Assembly: GCF_006345805.1 (NCBI RefSeq)
Contig: NC_043012.1
Span: forward strand, 32,550,001-32,614,000
Direction of reading: 5' to 3'
DNA length: 64,000 nucleotides
DNA from: Octopus sinensis
Lineage: Eukaryota
Part shown: positions 52,621-63,494 of the stretch, one piece after another
Numbering within the stretch: the stretch's first letter is position 1
Layout of the letters: each line of letters begins with the position of its first letter
Notes under the pieces: generated by a model
Told to the model about the DNA's origin: nothing
Database searches by the model: none
What the model saw: the letters and a program-made list of their open reading frames with translations, nothing else
Translations under genes and position numbers: made by a program

Positions 52621-53015
52621 CAATTTCGGAATTGGGCTCAAGGACTTAAATTTCCATTCGGGAGGGATGGCCAACTAAATCGACTTCAGTCCTTCGCTGG
52701 TTAATCGTAAAGGATGTAAAGGAAAAGTCAACCTCAGCGGGATTTGAATTCTGCATATAAAAAAAACAAAACAAAACTAAATGTTAATACATTTTGCCCT
52801 ACTTTTCTTAATATTGCACAATTAGTTGTAACTTTGGCACTAAAAGTACAAAGTTAAATACTATGTTATGAAGACACTCTCTTGTTGATCATATATCTCT
52901 CAATTGAAGATACGTTTTCTATTTTAACAAACGATCAAAAAGGTCGAAAGTATGAGCCAACAAGAGAATCGTTATGCGGTCGCGATTGATTAATGATACT
53001 CAGTGATAAAGTGAA

Positions 53016-53405
53016 GGCGGCGAGCTGGCAGAAACGTTAGCACGCCGGGCGAAATGCTTAGCGGTATTTCGTCTGCCGTTACGTTCGGAGTTCACATTCC
53101 GCCGAGGTTGACTTTGCCTTTCATCCTTTCGGGGTCGATAAATTAAGTACCAGTTACGCACTGGGGTCGATGTAATCGACTTAATCCGTTTGTCCTCTCT
53201 ATGTTTAGCCCCTTGTGGGTAGTAAAGAAATAGGTATTTCGTCTGCCGTTACGTTCTGAGTTCAAATTCCGCCGAGGTCGACTTTGCCTTTCATCCTTTC
53301 GGGGTCGATTAAATAAGTACCAGTTACGCATTGGGGTCGATGTAATCGACTTAATCCCTTTGTTTGTCCCCTCTATGTTTAGCTCCTTGTGGGTAATAAA
53401 GAAAC
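53016..53405 (+). mobile_element. tRNA-headed SINE family B, head-to-tail dimer
   Basis: GGCGGCGAGCTGGCAGAA..GAGTTCAAATTCC (A/B-box-like) plus the gcctttcatcctttcggggtcgat core; body repeated; imperfect TSD. Confidence 0.85.
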
Positions 53406-53642
53406 AGATACTCAGTAAAGTGGTAGCCATTTATGAATGCCTATAAAATTTTCCTGGAAGATGTGCAAAATAGCTTTCATGTGATCTGAAAAAAGTTCAA
53501 CCCAATGTCGAATTTCGTTGCGTAGCACCAAGTTAGTCCTTATTCACAGACCTAGGATCAAAAGGCGCAACGATTTAAAAAGCGTGTGTCTTCATATATT
53601 TAAAGAACATGAATAAATCAATAGGATCCGCGTTGGACAAGA

Positions 53643-53770
53643 CCAGTGGTTCCCAAACTTTGGTCTGTGAACATGTTAAGCTGACAGATCTTTCAATAAT
53701 CCTGGGGTCCGTGGGAAAATTCATTTAAATAAAAGGGGTCCTAGGTAGTGAAAAGGTTGGGAACTACTGG
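53643..53770. mobile_element. Short hAT-like MITE
   Basis: CAGTGGTTCCCAAAC...GGTTGGGAACTACTG termini; a related end lies at ~50652-50684. Confidence 0.6.
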
Positions 53771-54707
53771 ACTAGACTCGTTTCGTCCGTGTACAGTTTT
53801 AACGAAGCTGAATCTGTCCTGTTCAAGTTTACGCGAAAAGTGATATTCTTTTTGTCATTTGATGACACCCTATCCCGCAGCAATTTGCTCGAGTAAAACA
53901 AACGTATTTTGGCATTAATAAAATGAGTGAACCTTGGTTTTTAGGAACATATATCTGCAGGACTAAAAAAATTTAAACTAAGCACTCTGGGGAAAATACA
54001 AAGATAGGCTTGGGTGTTCAGAGTAAGCGGGATGAAGATGTAACTGTTTAAGCCACTTATTAAATGTTAAATGGAAATACATTAATGTAAAGCGATCCTT
54101 CGGTATTGGCCTCCAGAGTGTTAGTATAAAGAAACGATGTCATTCACCTTCTGTTTCAGCCTCACCTCTTTACGTTATGAAAGAAGGTTGTATGGGTGAT
54201 TGACGTCACCGAATCATTGCCTAATTTAATATTCGGTTAAATCATTAAATCGTTTCAAATTTATTTTCATAATTTCTTAGGAACGTCTCTAATTTTATTA
54301 TTATTGATGCTTTTGTTGTTGTTTAGGGGTTGCTCTTGCTCAGGGAGACAACACAGCGGATATAGAAAAGTGCCACATATTAACAGGGTTGCCACTCGTC
54401 CCTGTCTTATTCGACACTGTCACAGAGTGCCAGCATCCTGGTTAGTTTGAAATTGTTTCCTGGTTATTCAGAAATCTGGAAAAATTTAATTTGTCATGAT
54501 TTTTATTCAAGTTTATCAGAAAAGTTACTAGGTATTGATACTACTAATATTAATACCGACAGCATTATGAAAAATCATGCATGCACTCTCAAGTAAAGAA
54601 TGGCCGCAATACAAGGCACAGCCAAAGATTTTGATAATGTCAAAACATGCTAGGCTTCATGACAACCTTAAATATGCAACATCTCTAGCTTTCATCTTTT
54701 GAACATA

Positions 54708-55275
54708 TTGGGTTGTCCGAAAGGTTCGTGCCGATTTTTAAAGGAAAGAAAAAGGTCAATAAATACTTGCCATTACATTTTTAATCAACCAAATATGAAC
54801 CATTTTATTGCACAATGCGTCTCCGTCTTTCCTTCAACTTGAAAATACCCTCTTCCCAGAATTGAGGTGGTTTCATGGCAAAGAAGATTTCATCAACATA
54901 TCTTTTTACGTCATCCAAGGAATTGAAATTTTTACCATTAAGACTATTCTGCAGAGACTTAAATAAGTGGAAATCTGAAGGAGCAATATCTGGTGGATAT
55001 GGAGGGTGGGGTAACACATCCCAGCCGAGCTGCAGCAATTTTTGTCTGGTTCCCAAAGCATCAAGTGCCGAAGATGAACTTTCTTATCTTCCATTTTAAA
55101 GGGTTACAGAATTAACACAGGTTATAGGAGCATAAATCTTCTTCCACGAAAAGATAGCTTAAACTGTGCTCTAAATGGAGGTGTAGTCAAATCCTATTTT
55201 ATAGATTCAACCATGTTTTAAATAAGTCGAAAGGTAAGCTACTATGAATCGGCATGAAATTTCCAGACAACCCAA
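54708..55275 (-). mobile_element. Internally deleted mariner element
   Basis: TIRs TTGGGTTGTC(C/T)G.AA..TTC.TGCCGAT flanked by TA. Transposase N-terminus (MEDKKVHLRHLML) joined to the C-terminus with HPPYPPDIAPSDFHLF (YSPDLAPSD motif). Confidence 0.9.
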
Positions 55276-55479
55276 TAGAAATACTTGATAAAAAAATATA
55301 TATTAGCGACAGATGTAATATTAATACCGAGAGGTATAATACTTAAATATGGATGTTCTGTTAATGCAAACTATACTGCGGTAGTTACCATGAGAGAAAC
55401 TCTCATATTGGTTTTTGGTGCAAATTGTGCTCCTGACGAGAGTGCATTGATGAGACCAAGGAATGTTGAAATCACATGA

Positions 55480-55918
55480 TCTGGTGGCCTCAGTGATGGG
55501 GATCTGTCTCCTCATTGTGATATAAATTGTGCCTGGGGTAGCTGTTTGTTTGTTGAGTGAAGCGGTCTTCGTCCCATGTCTGTAGTGGGAGAAGTCCGAA
55601 ACGGGGTCCTTTGCTATTCGTAAGACCCGCAGATGAGAAAGCAGGTCAACCCCCAACACCGAGAGTATCGACGGATGGATGAATGCGCATCCAGGCTCAG
55701 CGGTTGCGTAGGAAGTCGGGGACAAGAAACAGGAAGAAAGAGTGAGAGAAAGTTGGAGTGAAAGAGTACAACAGGGGTCGCCACCACCCCTTGCCGGAGC
55801 CTCGTGGAGCTGAGGTGTTTTCGCTCAATAAACACACACAATGCCTGGTCTGGGAATTGAAACCGCGATCCTCCGACCGTGAGTCTGCTGCCCTAACCAT
55901 TGGGCCATTGCACCTCCA
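55480..55918 (-). mobile_element. tRNA-headed SINE-like element with GC-rich body
   Basis: Minus strand begins GGAGGTGCAATGGCCCAATGGTTAGGGC...GGTTTCAATTCCC (A/B-box-like); 3' boundary uncertain. Confidence 0.55.
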
Positions 55919-56999
55919 CTGAGGTAGCTGTTCAAGCCAAGGGTGGTATAGAAGAGCTGTGGGCATTTATTGCAGGAGATGGGGTTTGGCTGGGAACGAA
56001 GTTACTCTATGTCATTGATGACTGATCTCAACCTCTTGACATCTGTTATTTTCCATCTGGTCTGTTCCCTTGTTGATGACATACCACCACTTTGGGCAGT
56101 CTTTGGCGATTGTCTCCCAGATATTTGGGTCAGTAGGGGATAAGTGGTGGTGGAGACAGGGAATGTAGAGAAGTTGGTGAGCCACGAGGAGACGTCTGCA
56201 AAAGAGACACAGCAAGGGGACAGAGAGTGAATTAACAAAGAAGCTGTGAAGTAAAGGTTTCAGTGAAAGAAAGGTTGAAGGGAGGGTGCCATAGAGTTTG
56301 GGAATGGGAACAGAGGGTGAGTACAGTGAGAGCATCCCATCCACCATCACCAATGATTAAGTGTTCTCTTGCCAAGCTTGCACAGGAGTTGGGGTCACCT
56401 CTAGTATTGCATGTCACCAATCATTGCAATGTCATTTCTTTTGTGAGGTTCGGCATATTGAGGTTAGTTGTCATTACTTTGTTCCACAACATCTTGAGTC
56501 TTTCTCTTGTCAGCGCATATAGATGATGATAGGTGCATAAAATGTGCTTGCATATTTATGCACTAGCATCATCTATAGGCATCACATGTTCATGCTAATG
56601 TAGTCTTCTCTCTTGCTTACTACATCTGAGTCATCTAATACCCAGCTTTTCTCTCAGTTCGTTTGTACTCTATCATTTCTGCACATTAACATTACACATT
56701 CAGTGAAGCATGGCAGGGAACACATACGCCACAGAAACTGGCCCCATGAGACTGGCTAGGCTTGAAAAGGGCGACGAAAAAAACGAATTCAGTGAAGCAT
56801 GCTCACTTCATTCGTTCCTAGTCCTTGCAAATCCCCTACATTCAATGCCCATACAAACATGTATATAACCAAATTTATCCTTCAAAAGCTCATCCCCACT
56901 TCTCTATTCCATCTCTGTCTTTCCCCACCCTCTCCACCTCATCCTTCCCCTTCTTCATACCACAATCACATGTACAAAAACTGGAGTCTAATTCTTTTC

Positions 57000-57375
57000 T
57001 ACACTAGGCACAAGGCCTGAAATTTTGGGGGAGGAGGCTAGTCGATTAGATCGACCCTAGTTCGCAACTGGTACTTAAGTTATCAACCCCGAAAGGATGA
57101 AAGGCAAAGTTGATCTTGGCGGAATTTGAACTCAGAACGTAAAGACAGACGAAATACCTATTTCTTTACTACCCACAAGGGGCTAAACAAGGACAGACAA
57201 ACGGATTAAGTCGATTACATTGACCCCAGTGGGTAACTGGTACTTAATTTATCGACCCCGAAAGTATGAAAGGCAAAGTCCACCTCAGCGAAATTTGAAC
57301 CCAGAACGTAACGGCAGGCGAAATATGGCTACACATTTCGCCCGGCGTGCTAACGTTTCTGCCAGCTCGCCACCT
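57000..57375 (-). mobile_element. SINE family B dimer
   Basis: Two tandem bodies matching the 53016 copy. Confidence 0.8.
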
Positions 57376-57429
57376 TATTGGGGTGTCTAATTGCCACTCG
57401 AATGCCGATTTGCAGGACAATATCGAAGA

Positions 57430-57962
57430 CTAGTACTAGGCAGTGAGGCAATGGTCAGCATGAGCAGGGTCTGGAAGAGTAGAGACATCAGACTTGCTAC
57501 CAAATGCAGATTGGTGAATGTAATTGTCTTCCCAATAGCAACATATGGATGCGACACCTGGACACTAAAGAAAGCTGACCAGAAGAGAATTAATGCATTC
57601 GAGCTTTGGTGTTGGAGAAGACTTTTACAGATTCTATGGACAGCGAGGCTCACCAATGGAGAAGTTCTTAAGCAGATCAGGCCGAAAATTTCGCTAGAAG
57701 CTAGGATCACCAAGCATAGATTGACATATTTTGGTCATATTATGCGGAGAAAATCCCTGGAGAAGGACATCATGCTCGGAATGGTCAGTGGCAACAGAGG
57801 AAGAGGCCGACCAAGAACCCGCTGGCTTGACACCATCAAGAGCGAATTCGGAATGGACATAGCCAATTTGAAAGAAGCGGCCCAGGATAGAACTGACTGG
57901 AGGACACTGATCCATCGAATAACCGAGAGTCGACTTCGACTGAGCGGATAGATAGATAGATA
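57430..57962 (+). mobile_element. RTE (BovB-like) LINE 3' fragment
   Basis: ATYGCDTWTLKKAD..RINAFELWCWRRLL...YFGHIMRR..SLEKDIMLG..RGRGRPRTRWLD; (TAGA)n tail after the stop. Confidence 0.9.
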
Positions 57963-58341
57963 ATCTAAGGGATGTAACTCTGGTAGGCTTAAGAACTAGC
58001 CTTGATTAAAAACTTTTTTATTACTGCGTTTTAACTGTCTTTTTCATCCTTATGATTCATTCCACTTTTTTTTTCCATCTCTGGCAACTCATAAATCAGA
58101 TGGAGATTTCAGGCCTCCTTCAACAAAGATCCCAACCTATACTCCTCCAATCAGCCATGTATAATGATAGTTAATTTACATTTTCACACTTGGAAAGTGT
58201 GAGACTAAATTTAAAACGTTGTATAGATATATCTAATATATAAATGCCTGTTTTTTACCCTCAACTTTTGAAAACTTATTGGACAACTACCAACTGTTGG
58301 AGAATAGAGCGCTCGATACCTTATTAGAGATTAGAAATATA

Positions 58342-58871
58342 GGATCTTTTTGGTTTGAACGGCAGTTTTTTCTAGCGGTGTCATATGAAATTGTCACCCG
58401 TAATCATTATCCTAGTATCGACCTATTGCATTTCAATCTCTTTTAGGGTTAGGGTTAGTTAGGTTTAGGGGTGGGGGGAATGGAATCTTTTTTCTTCAGA
58501 AATGTAAATAAACCCAATCTGTTTCTTAAGCGAGGGACATATTCATACGGCACAGAATGTTTTCACTTCAATAGACGTCATTGATTGGTTGAAATTGCAG
58601 AAAAACAACAACAAATATCTTACAAACTATAGAATTTTCTCAATAAAGCCAAGAGAAAAAGATGTTTTATAAACACATTCTACCAGTATACGAAGTTTAA
58701 AAGTGTTTAGTTATGTGGAAATTATTTTAAAAAGCTGCCGTTCAAACCGAAAAGATCCCTAACCCTAAAATAGATTGAAATGCAATAGATCGATACTAGG
58801 GTCATAATTATGGGTGACAATTTCATATGACACCGCTAGAAAAAAAACTGCCGTTCAAACCGAAAAGATCC
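58342..58871. mobile_element. Same MITE (58342-58758) plus an inverted extra left end (58759-58871)
   Basis: Three TIR copies; the last ~110 bp are the reverse complement of the first ~110 bp. Confidence 0.75.
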
Positions 58872-59464
58872 GAATAAACTCTTGTTTGATTAAAATAATT
58901 TTTTTAACACGAGATATTTGTGAAATACTCGTAAATCAAAGGGGAAAAACTCTGCAATTACTTAGGACTATCTGTTTTGATGCAATTTATCAAATTGTCG
59001 CTATCATTCTCCTATTTCCCTCTATTTGAGAGAGAGAGAGAAAGAGAGAGAGATGGGGGATGTTACCAGTGCATTTCAACTTTCTGTTTGCCTCTCAATA
59101 TATATTCACACTCACGCACGTATAGCGTGTGTGTGTGCATGCATACATAATGAGCAGAGTACAGCCAGCTGTCACTTGTGAGCAAGTATAGCCTGGTAAC
59201 CTGTACTATGCTTTTGCTAAGTGGCCTAGATGGGTGTAATTACTTAAAACAATAAGCAATGGGGTGTGGAGTCAATCATGCTGGTGTTGGTTTGATAAAA
59301 GATTTCCCACCAAGGGGCAGCAGTAGTACTGTACTTCTATTATTGTCCAATGTTGAGGTATATAATTCTGGTTCTAAGTCTGTGTAACATAGTGATGAAG
59401 TGTGCAGAAATGAATACCCTCCTTCAAGATCTCAGAATGTTGACCAATCCAATAAATACTTTTA

Positions 59465-59836
59465 TCTCTAGATATATATAAACAGCAAAATATCTGTCTG
59501 TGTGTGCGTGTCCTTTATACAAATCTACAATTTTTTAGTTAGAGGGCTTGCACTTTCTATGGTCATTCAAAACCGTCCAAGGGTGGTCGTGCACATCTTT
59601 ACATTTCCCCAGTCACCCCGCAAAGCCATTAAAAAATCAATAGAAGTGACTTTTTTGTGAATTTTCTATCTGAAACCCAATCAAAATGCCTGAAACTTGA
59701 TACGCCAATTGAATGCCAGCTAGCTGTATGTGATTGGTCGGAGATTTGGACAGTACTCGTGTGTATGTGCGCACACACGCAGCTGTATATGCATGCACTA
59801 GCACTATGACCTGGCAACACCGGGTCATAGTGCTAG
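59465..59836 (+). mobile_element. Non-autonomous Helitron-like element, family 2
   Basis: a|TCTCTAG...hairpin-CTAG|t; reverse complement of 30255-30617. Confidence 0.7.
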
Positions 59837-60082
59837 TTAGATTATATTTTACTTATCTTTTTTACTTAGTCAAATTTTAATTTCTAAACCAGTCAAGAGA
59901 CAAATTTCAATCATGTTCTTGTCAATGCTACAATCCTTCCTCACTGATAGCAATGATAGTCAAAGTGTTTGAAAACTTTACGTGATATCAGATCAGCCAA
60001 TACAGTTCTATATTTAAGAGATGAGGAATTATGTACATTATTTACATTCAACGGATATTTGTCCTTATCTTGTTTGTTGTTA

Positions 60083-60126
60083 ACACAACGTTTCAGCTGA
60101 TATACCCTCCAGCCTCCTTCAGGTGT
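60083..60126 (-). ncRNA. Degenerate minimal hammerhead motif in a Penelope-like terminal-repeat remnant
   Basis: acac-CTGAAGG(A9>G)-aggctg..cagct-GAAA-cg-TT-gtgt; palindromic AACGTT stem III. Confidence 0.5.
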
Positions 60127-60737
60127 CTTGGGGAAATTTCGAACCTGGGTTCTCATTCCTAAAGTGTTCACACTAATTCTAGTGACAGCTTGCCAAACTG
60201 TGACAGCTTGCCAAACAAGGCAAATTTCTTGAGAAACGGTTATAGCAATGATATCAGCACAATTTGATGCTTTCCTTCCTTATTTCTGGTTAGAATCAAT
60301 GGAGGATGAGGTTCAGTTTTTCTTTTGAGAACAACAGCTTTCTCTTTCATTTAATTTCACATGACGATCATTCCAACAAAAAGATCTCTGATAAAAGCCA
60401 ATTTAAGTGTTAAAAAAAAAACAACTTTTTTTTTAAAATAAAAAAACATATATAAATAAAAAAACAACAACAACAAAGTCATTTAGATTTTCTGAATGAG
60501 GTGAAGAATAACAATCTATCAATATTTGATTCAGCTAAATTTAATACATGTAACATAAAGCCAAGTAACATTATATATAATGTTTCTCTCCGTGTTTTTT
60601 CTGTGGAAGAGCGTAGGCTCAAAACATTAAAGACGTTTTCAATTCCCGAGCGTTATACTAATACATCAGTTTATTTTCTACACCACCTGTCTCCGTCTTT
60701 TGTTTTTTTCATGAATTCTCCCTATATATATATATAT

Positions 60738-61000
60738 ATCATCATCATCATCATCATCATCGTTTAACGTCCGTTCTCCATGCTAGCATGGGTTGGACGG
60801 TTCGACCAGGGATCTGGGAAGCCAGAAGGCTGCACCAGGCTCCAGTCTTATCTGGCAATGTTTCTACAGCTGGATGCCCTTCCTAACGCCAACCACTCCG
60901 AGAGTGTAGTGGGTGCTTTTTACGTGCCACCTGCACAGGTGCCAGGCAAGGCTGGCAACGGCCAGGGTCGGATTGGTGTATTTTACGTGCCACCGGCACG
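60738..61000 (-). mobile_element. SINE family A
   Basis: (CAT)n plus core. Confidence 0.85.
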
Positions 61001-61471
61001 TAAAATATATATATTTATATATATATACACACATGCGAGTCGTCTAAGAGATCATAAGTCAGGGCGAAGATGCATTTAACGTCTGTAGGCCATGCTGGTA
61101 TGGGTTGGATGATTTGACCAGAGCTGGCAAGCTGCACCAAACTCCAGTCTGATTCAGCATGATTTCTATGGCTAGATGCCCTTCCTAATGCCAACCAGTC
61201 TACAGAGTGTGCTGGGTGCTTTTATGTGGCATATATATATGAAGTCAGAATAAATGCCACTGAACACTTTATCAGGTGCAGTAATGATTCTACCAGCTCA
61301 CCACCTTAATTTCAAGGAGTGGTTGGCGTTAGGAAGGATATCCAGCTGTAGAAACACTGCCAGATCAGACTGGAGCCTGGTGCAGCCTCCTGGCTTCCCA
61401 GGCCCTGGTCGAACTGTCCAACCCATGCTAGCATGGAAAACGGACGTTAAACGATTATGATGATATATAAA

Positions 61472-61702
61472 AGGCGGCAAGCTGGCAGAAACGTTAACAT
61501 GCCGGGTGAAATGCTTAGCGGTATTGCGTCTGTCGTTGCGTTCTGAGTTCAAATTCTGCCGAGGTCGACTTTGCCTTTCATCCTTTCGGGGTCGATAAAT
61601 TAAGTACCAGTTACGCACTGGGGTCGATGTAATCGACTTAATCCATTTGTCTGTCCTTGTTTGTCCCCTCTATGTTTAGCCCCTTGTGGGCAATAAAGAA
61701 AC
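61472..61702 (+). mobile_element. SINE family B
   Basis: Full-length match. Confidence 0.85.
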
Positions 61703-61729
61703 AGATTATGATGATATATATATATGTAA

Positions 61730-62027
61730 AGACTATGGTATTGCACCTAGAAAGTCCCCTCGAGCATGGTTGTTTGAGGAAGAACAGCAGTTGTCCACAC
61801 ATACCAGTCTCCCCACTCCATGCCACTGATGTTGCCCAAGGGAAAGACCAAGGCCGATACAACTTGGCTCCAGCGAGGTCGTAACGTATTTCTACTGTTG
61901 AGTGAACTGGAGCAATGTGAAGTAAAGTGTCTTGCTCAAGAACACAATACACAGTCCAGTCTGGGAATCAAACTCACAACCTCACAATTGTAAACCTGAT
62001 ACTAACCACTGAGCCATCTGCCTTCAC
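61730..62027 (-). mobile_element. tRNA-headed SINE-like element
   Basis: tggctcagtggttag...gagtttgattccc head followed by a tgtgttcttgagcaagacactt core. Confidence 0.55.
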
Positions 62028-62394
62028 ACACACATTATATATATCATATCCTACCACCCAAAGCTTATCCTGTAGTTGTACACCTGAAACAAAAACATTT
62101 TCAAAATGGAAAGTAGCACATCTAATTCATTTGCACATGCATTGATGTGCATGTGCAGTTCACTCTAAATGCTCATCTTTCTATGAAGGCATTCCATATG
62201 TGACCATCCTGCTAAAAGCATTTCAACCAAGACTGCTTGGTTTTTTTTAAAGAGTCTTCTGTGATCGTTCTGCATTCCCGATGTGACCACCCATCTCTTT
62301 TAAAAACCAATTTCTTCTGCATGCACCTTACTATCTTCAATATCGTTAAGTAATAACAATTAGCTTATTAAGCTATTAGATAGCAGAACCCAAT

Positions 62395-62812
62395 GGATCT
62401 TTTTGGTTTGAACGGCAGTTTTTTCTAGCAGTGTCATATGAAATTGTCACCCATAATCATGACTCTAGTATCGATCTATTGCGTTTCAATCTGTTTTAGA
62501 GTTAGGGGTGGGGGGAAGGGTATCTTTTTTTCTTTAGAAATGTAAATAAACCCAATCTATTTCTTAAACGAGGGGCATATTCATACAGCACAGAATGTTT
62601 TTTTTTTACCTCAATAGACGTCATTGATTGGTTGAAATTGCAGAAATTGAAGAAAAAAACCCCAACAAATATCTTACAAACTACAGAATTTTCTCAAGAA
62701 AGCCAAGAGAAAAAGATGTTTTATAAACACATTCTACCAGTATACGAAGTTTAAAAGTGTTTAGTTACGTGGAAATTATTTTAAAAAACTGCCGTTCAAA
62801 CCGAAAAGATCC
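62395..62812. mobile_element. Non-autonomous DNA transposon (MITE), Merlin-like
   Basis: ~29-bp TIRs GGATCTTTT(C/T)GGTTTGAACGGCAGTTTTT; 8-bp TSD aacccaat/aacccaac; GG..CC termini. Confidence 0.8.
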
Positions 62813-63494
62813 AACCCAACTATCTTTTATTATTACTTATTTTAGCGGACACATTACATAATGTAGTCTGAAGTGCGTTATATCTGAAGAATATTAAAAA
62901 ATGGGTCAGTCTGTCACAACGTCATTGTTTAGCACCAGGTTGGCTCCAATGCAGTTGACTTATGACCCCCTGGCATTCTACCCATAACCATTCCTTCTTT
63001 TATTTTTCATGTTGTACTCTGCATTATACTATACAATGTGTTCTTTTCAATAAAGAAAAAATATGGTAAGATGGGAAATGAAGAAGATTTTGGTTTAAAA
63101 AGAAGAGACGAGATAAGAGATAATCACGTATAGATTGTGGCATGAATATAGGTGTATGGCTCTTAAAAAACATGGATCCACGAATTGAATACAGCAAATA
63201 GTTTAAGACAAAAATAGTTAAGATAACAAATATAAATTACAAAACGTTTAATCGTGGAAGAAATACAAATTTTGACCCTTGAAAAAATCTTTCTAATCCA
63301 TTTAAATTATTGTAATTTTTGAAAACTTTTGAGTTCCTCTTCCTTCAAGCTAACAATACTGGAATCACGTTAATTATAATCATGTCTTTAGAAGATACAT
63401 TTAGCTGAGATTCTTATAAAAAAAAATAATAATTTCTCTGTTGAGATTACATATTTGAACTATTCCAACATAACAACAACACAATGCAATAAAT

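Noticed and set aside
55845-55918. tRNA-like sequences at SINE heads (also 41400-41470 and 53016-53100)
   Set aside because: A/B boxes are present, but there is no complete cloverleaf and they continue into repeat bodies; not tRNA genes.
60595-60634. CTGTGGA-AGAGC..GCTC-AAAAC hammerhead-like relic
   Set aside because: Both core boxes are mutated, so it cannot be called a ribozyme from this copy.
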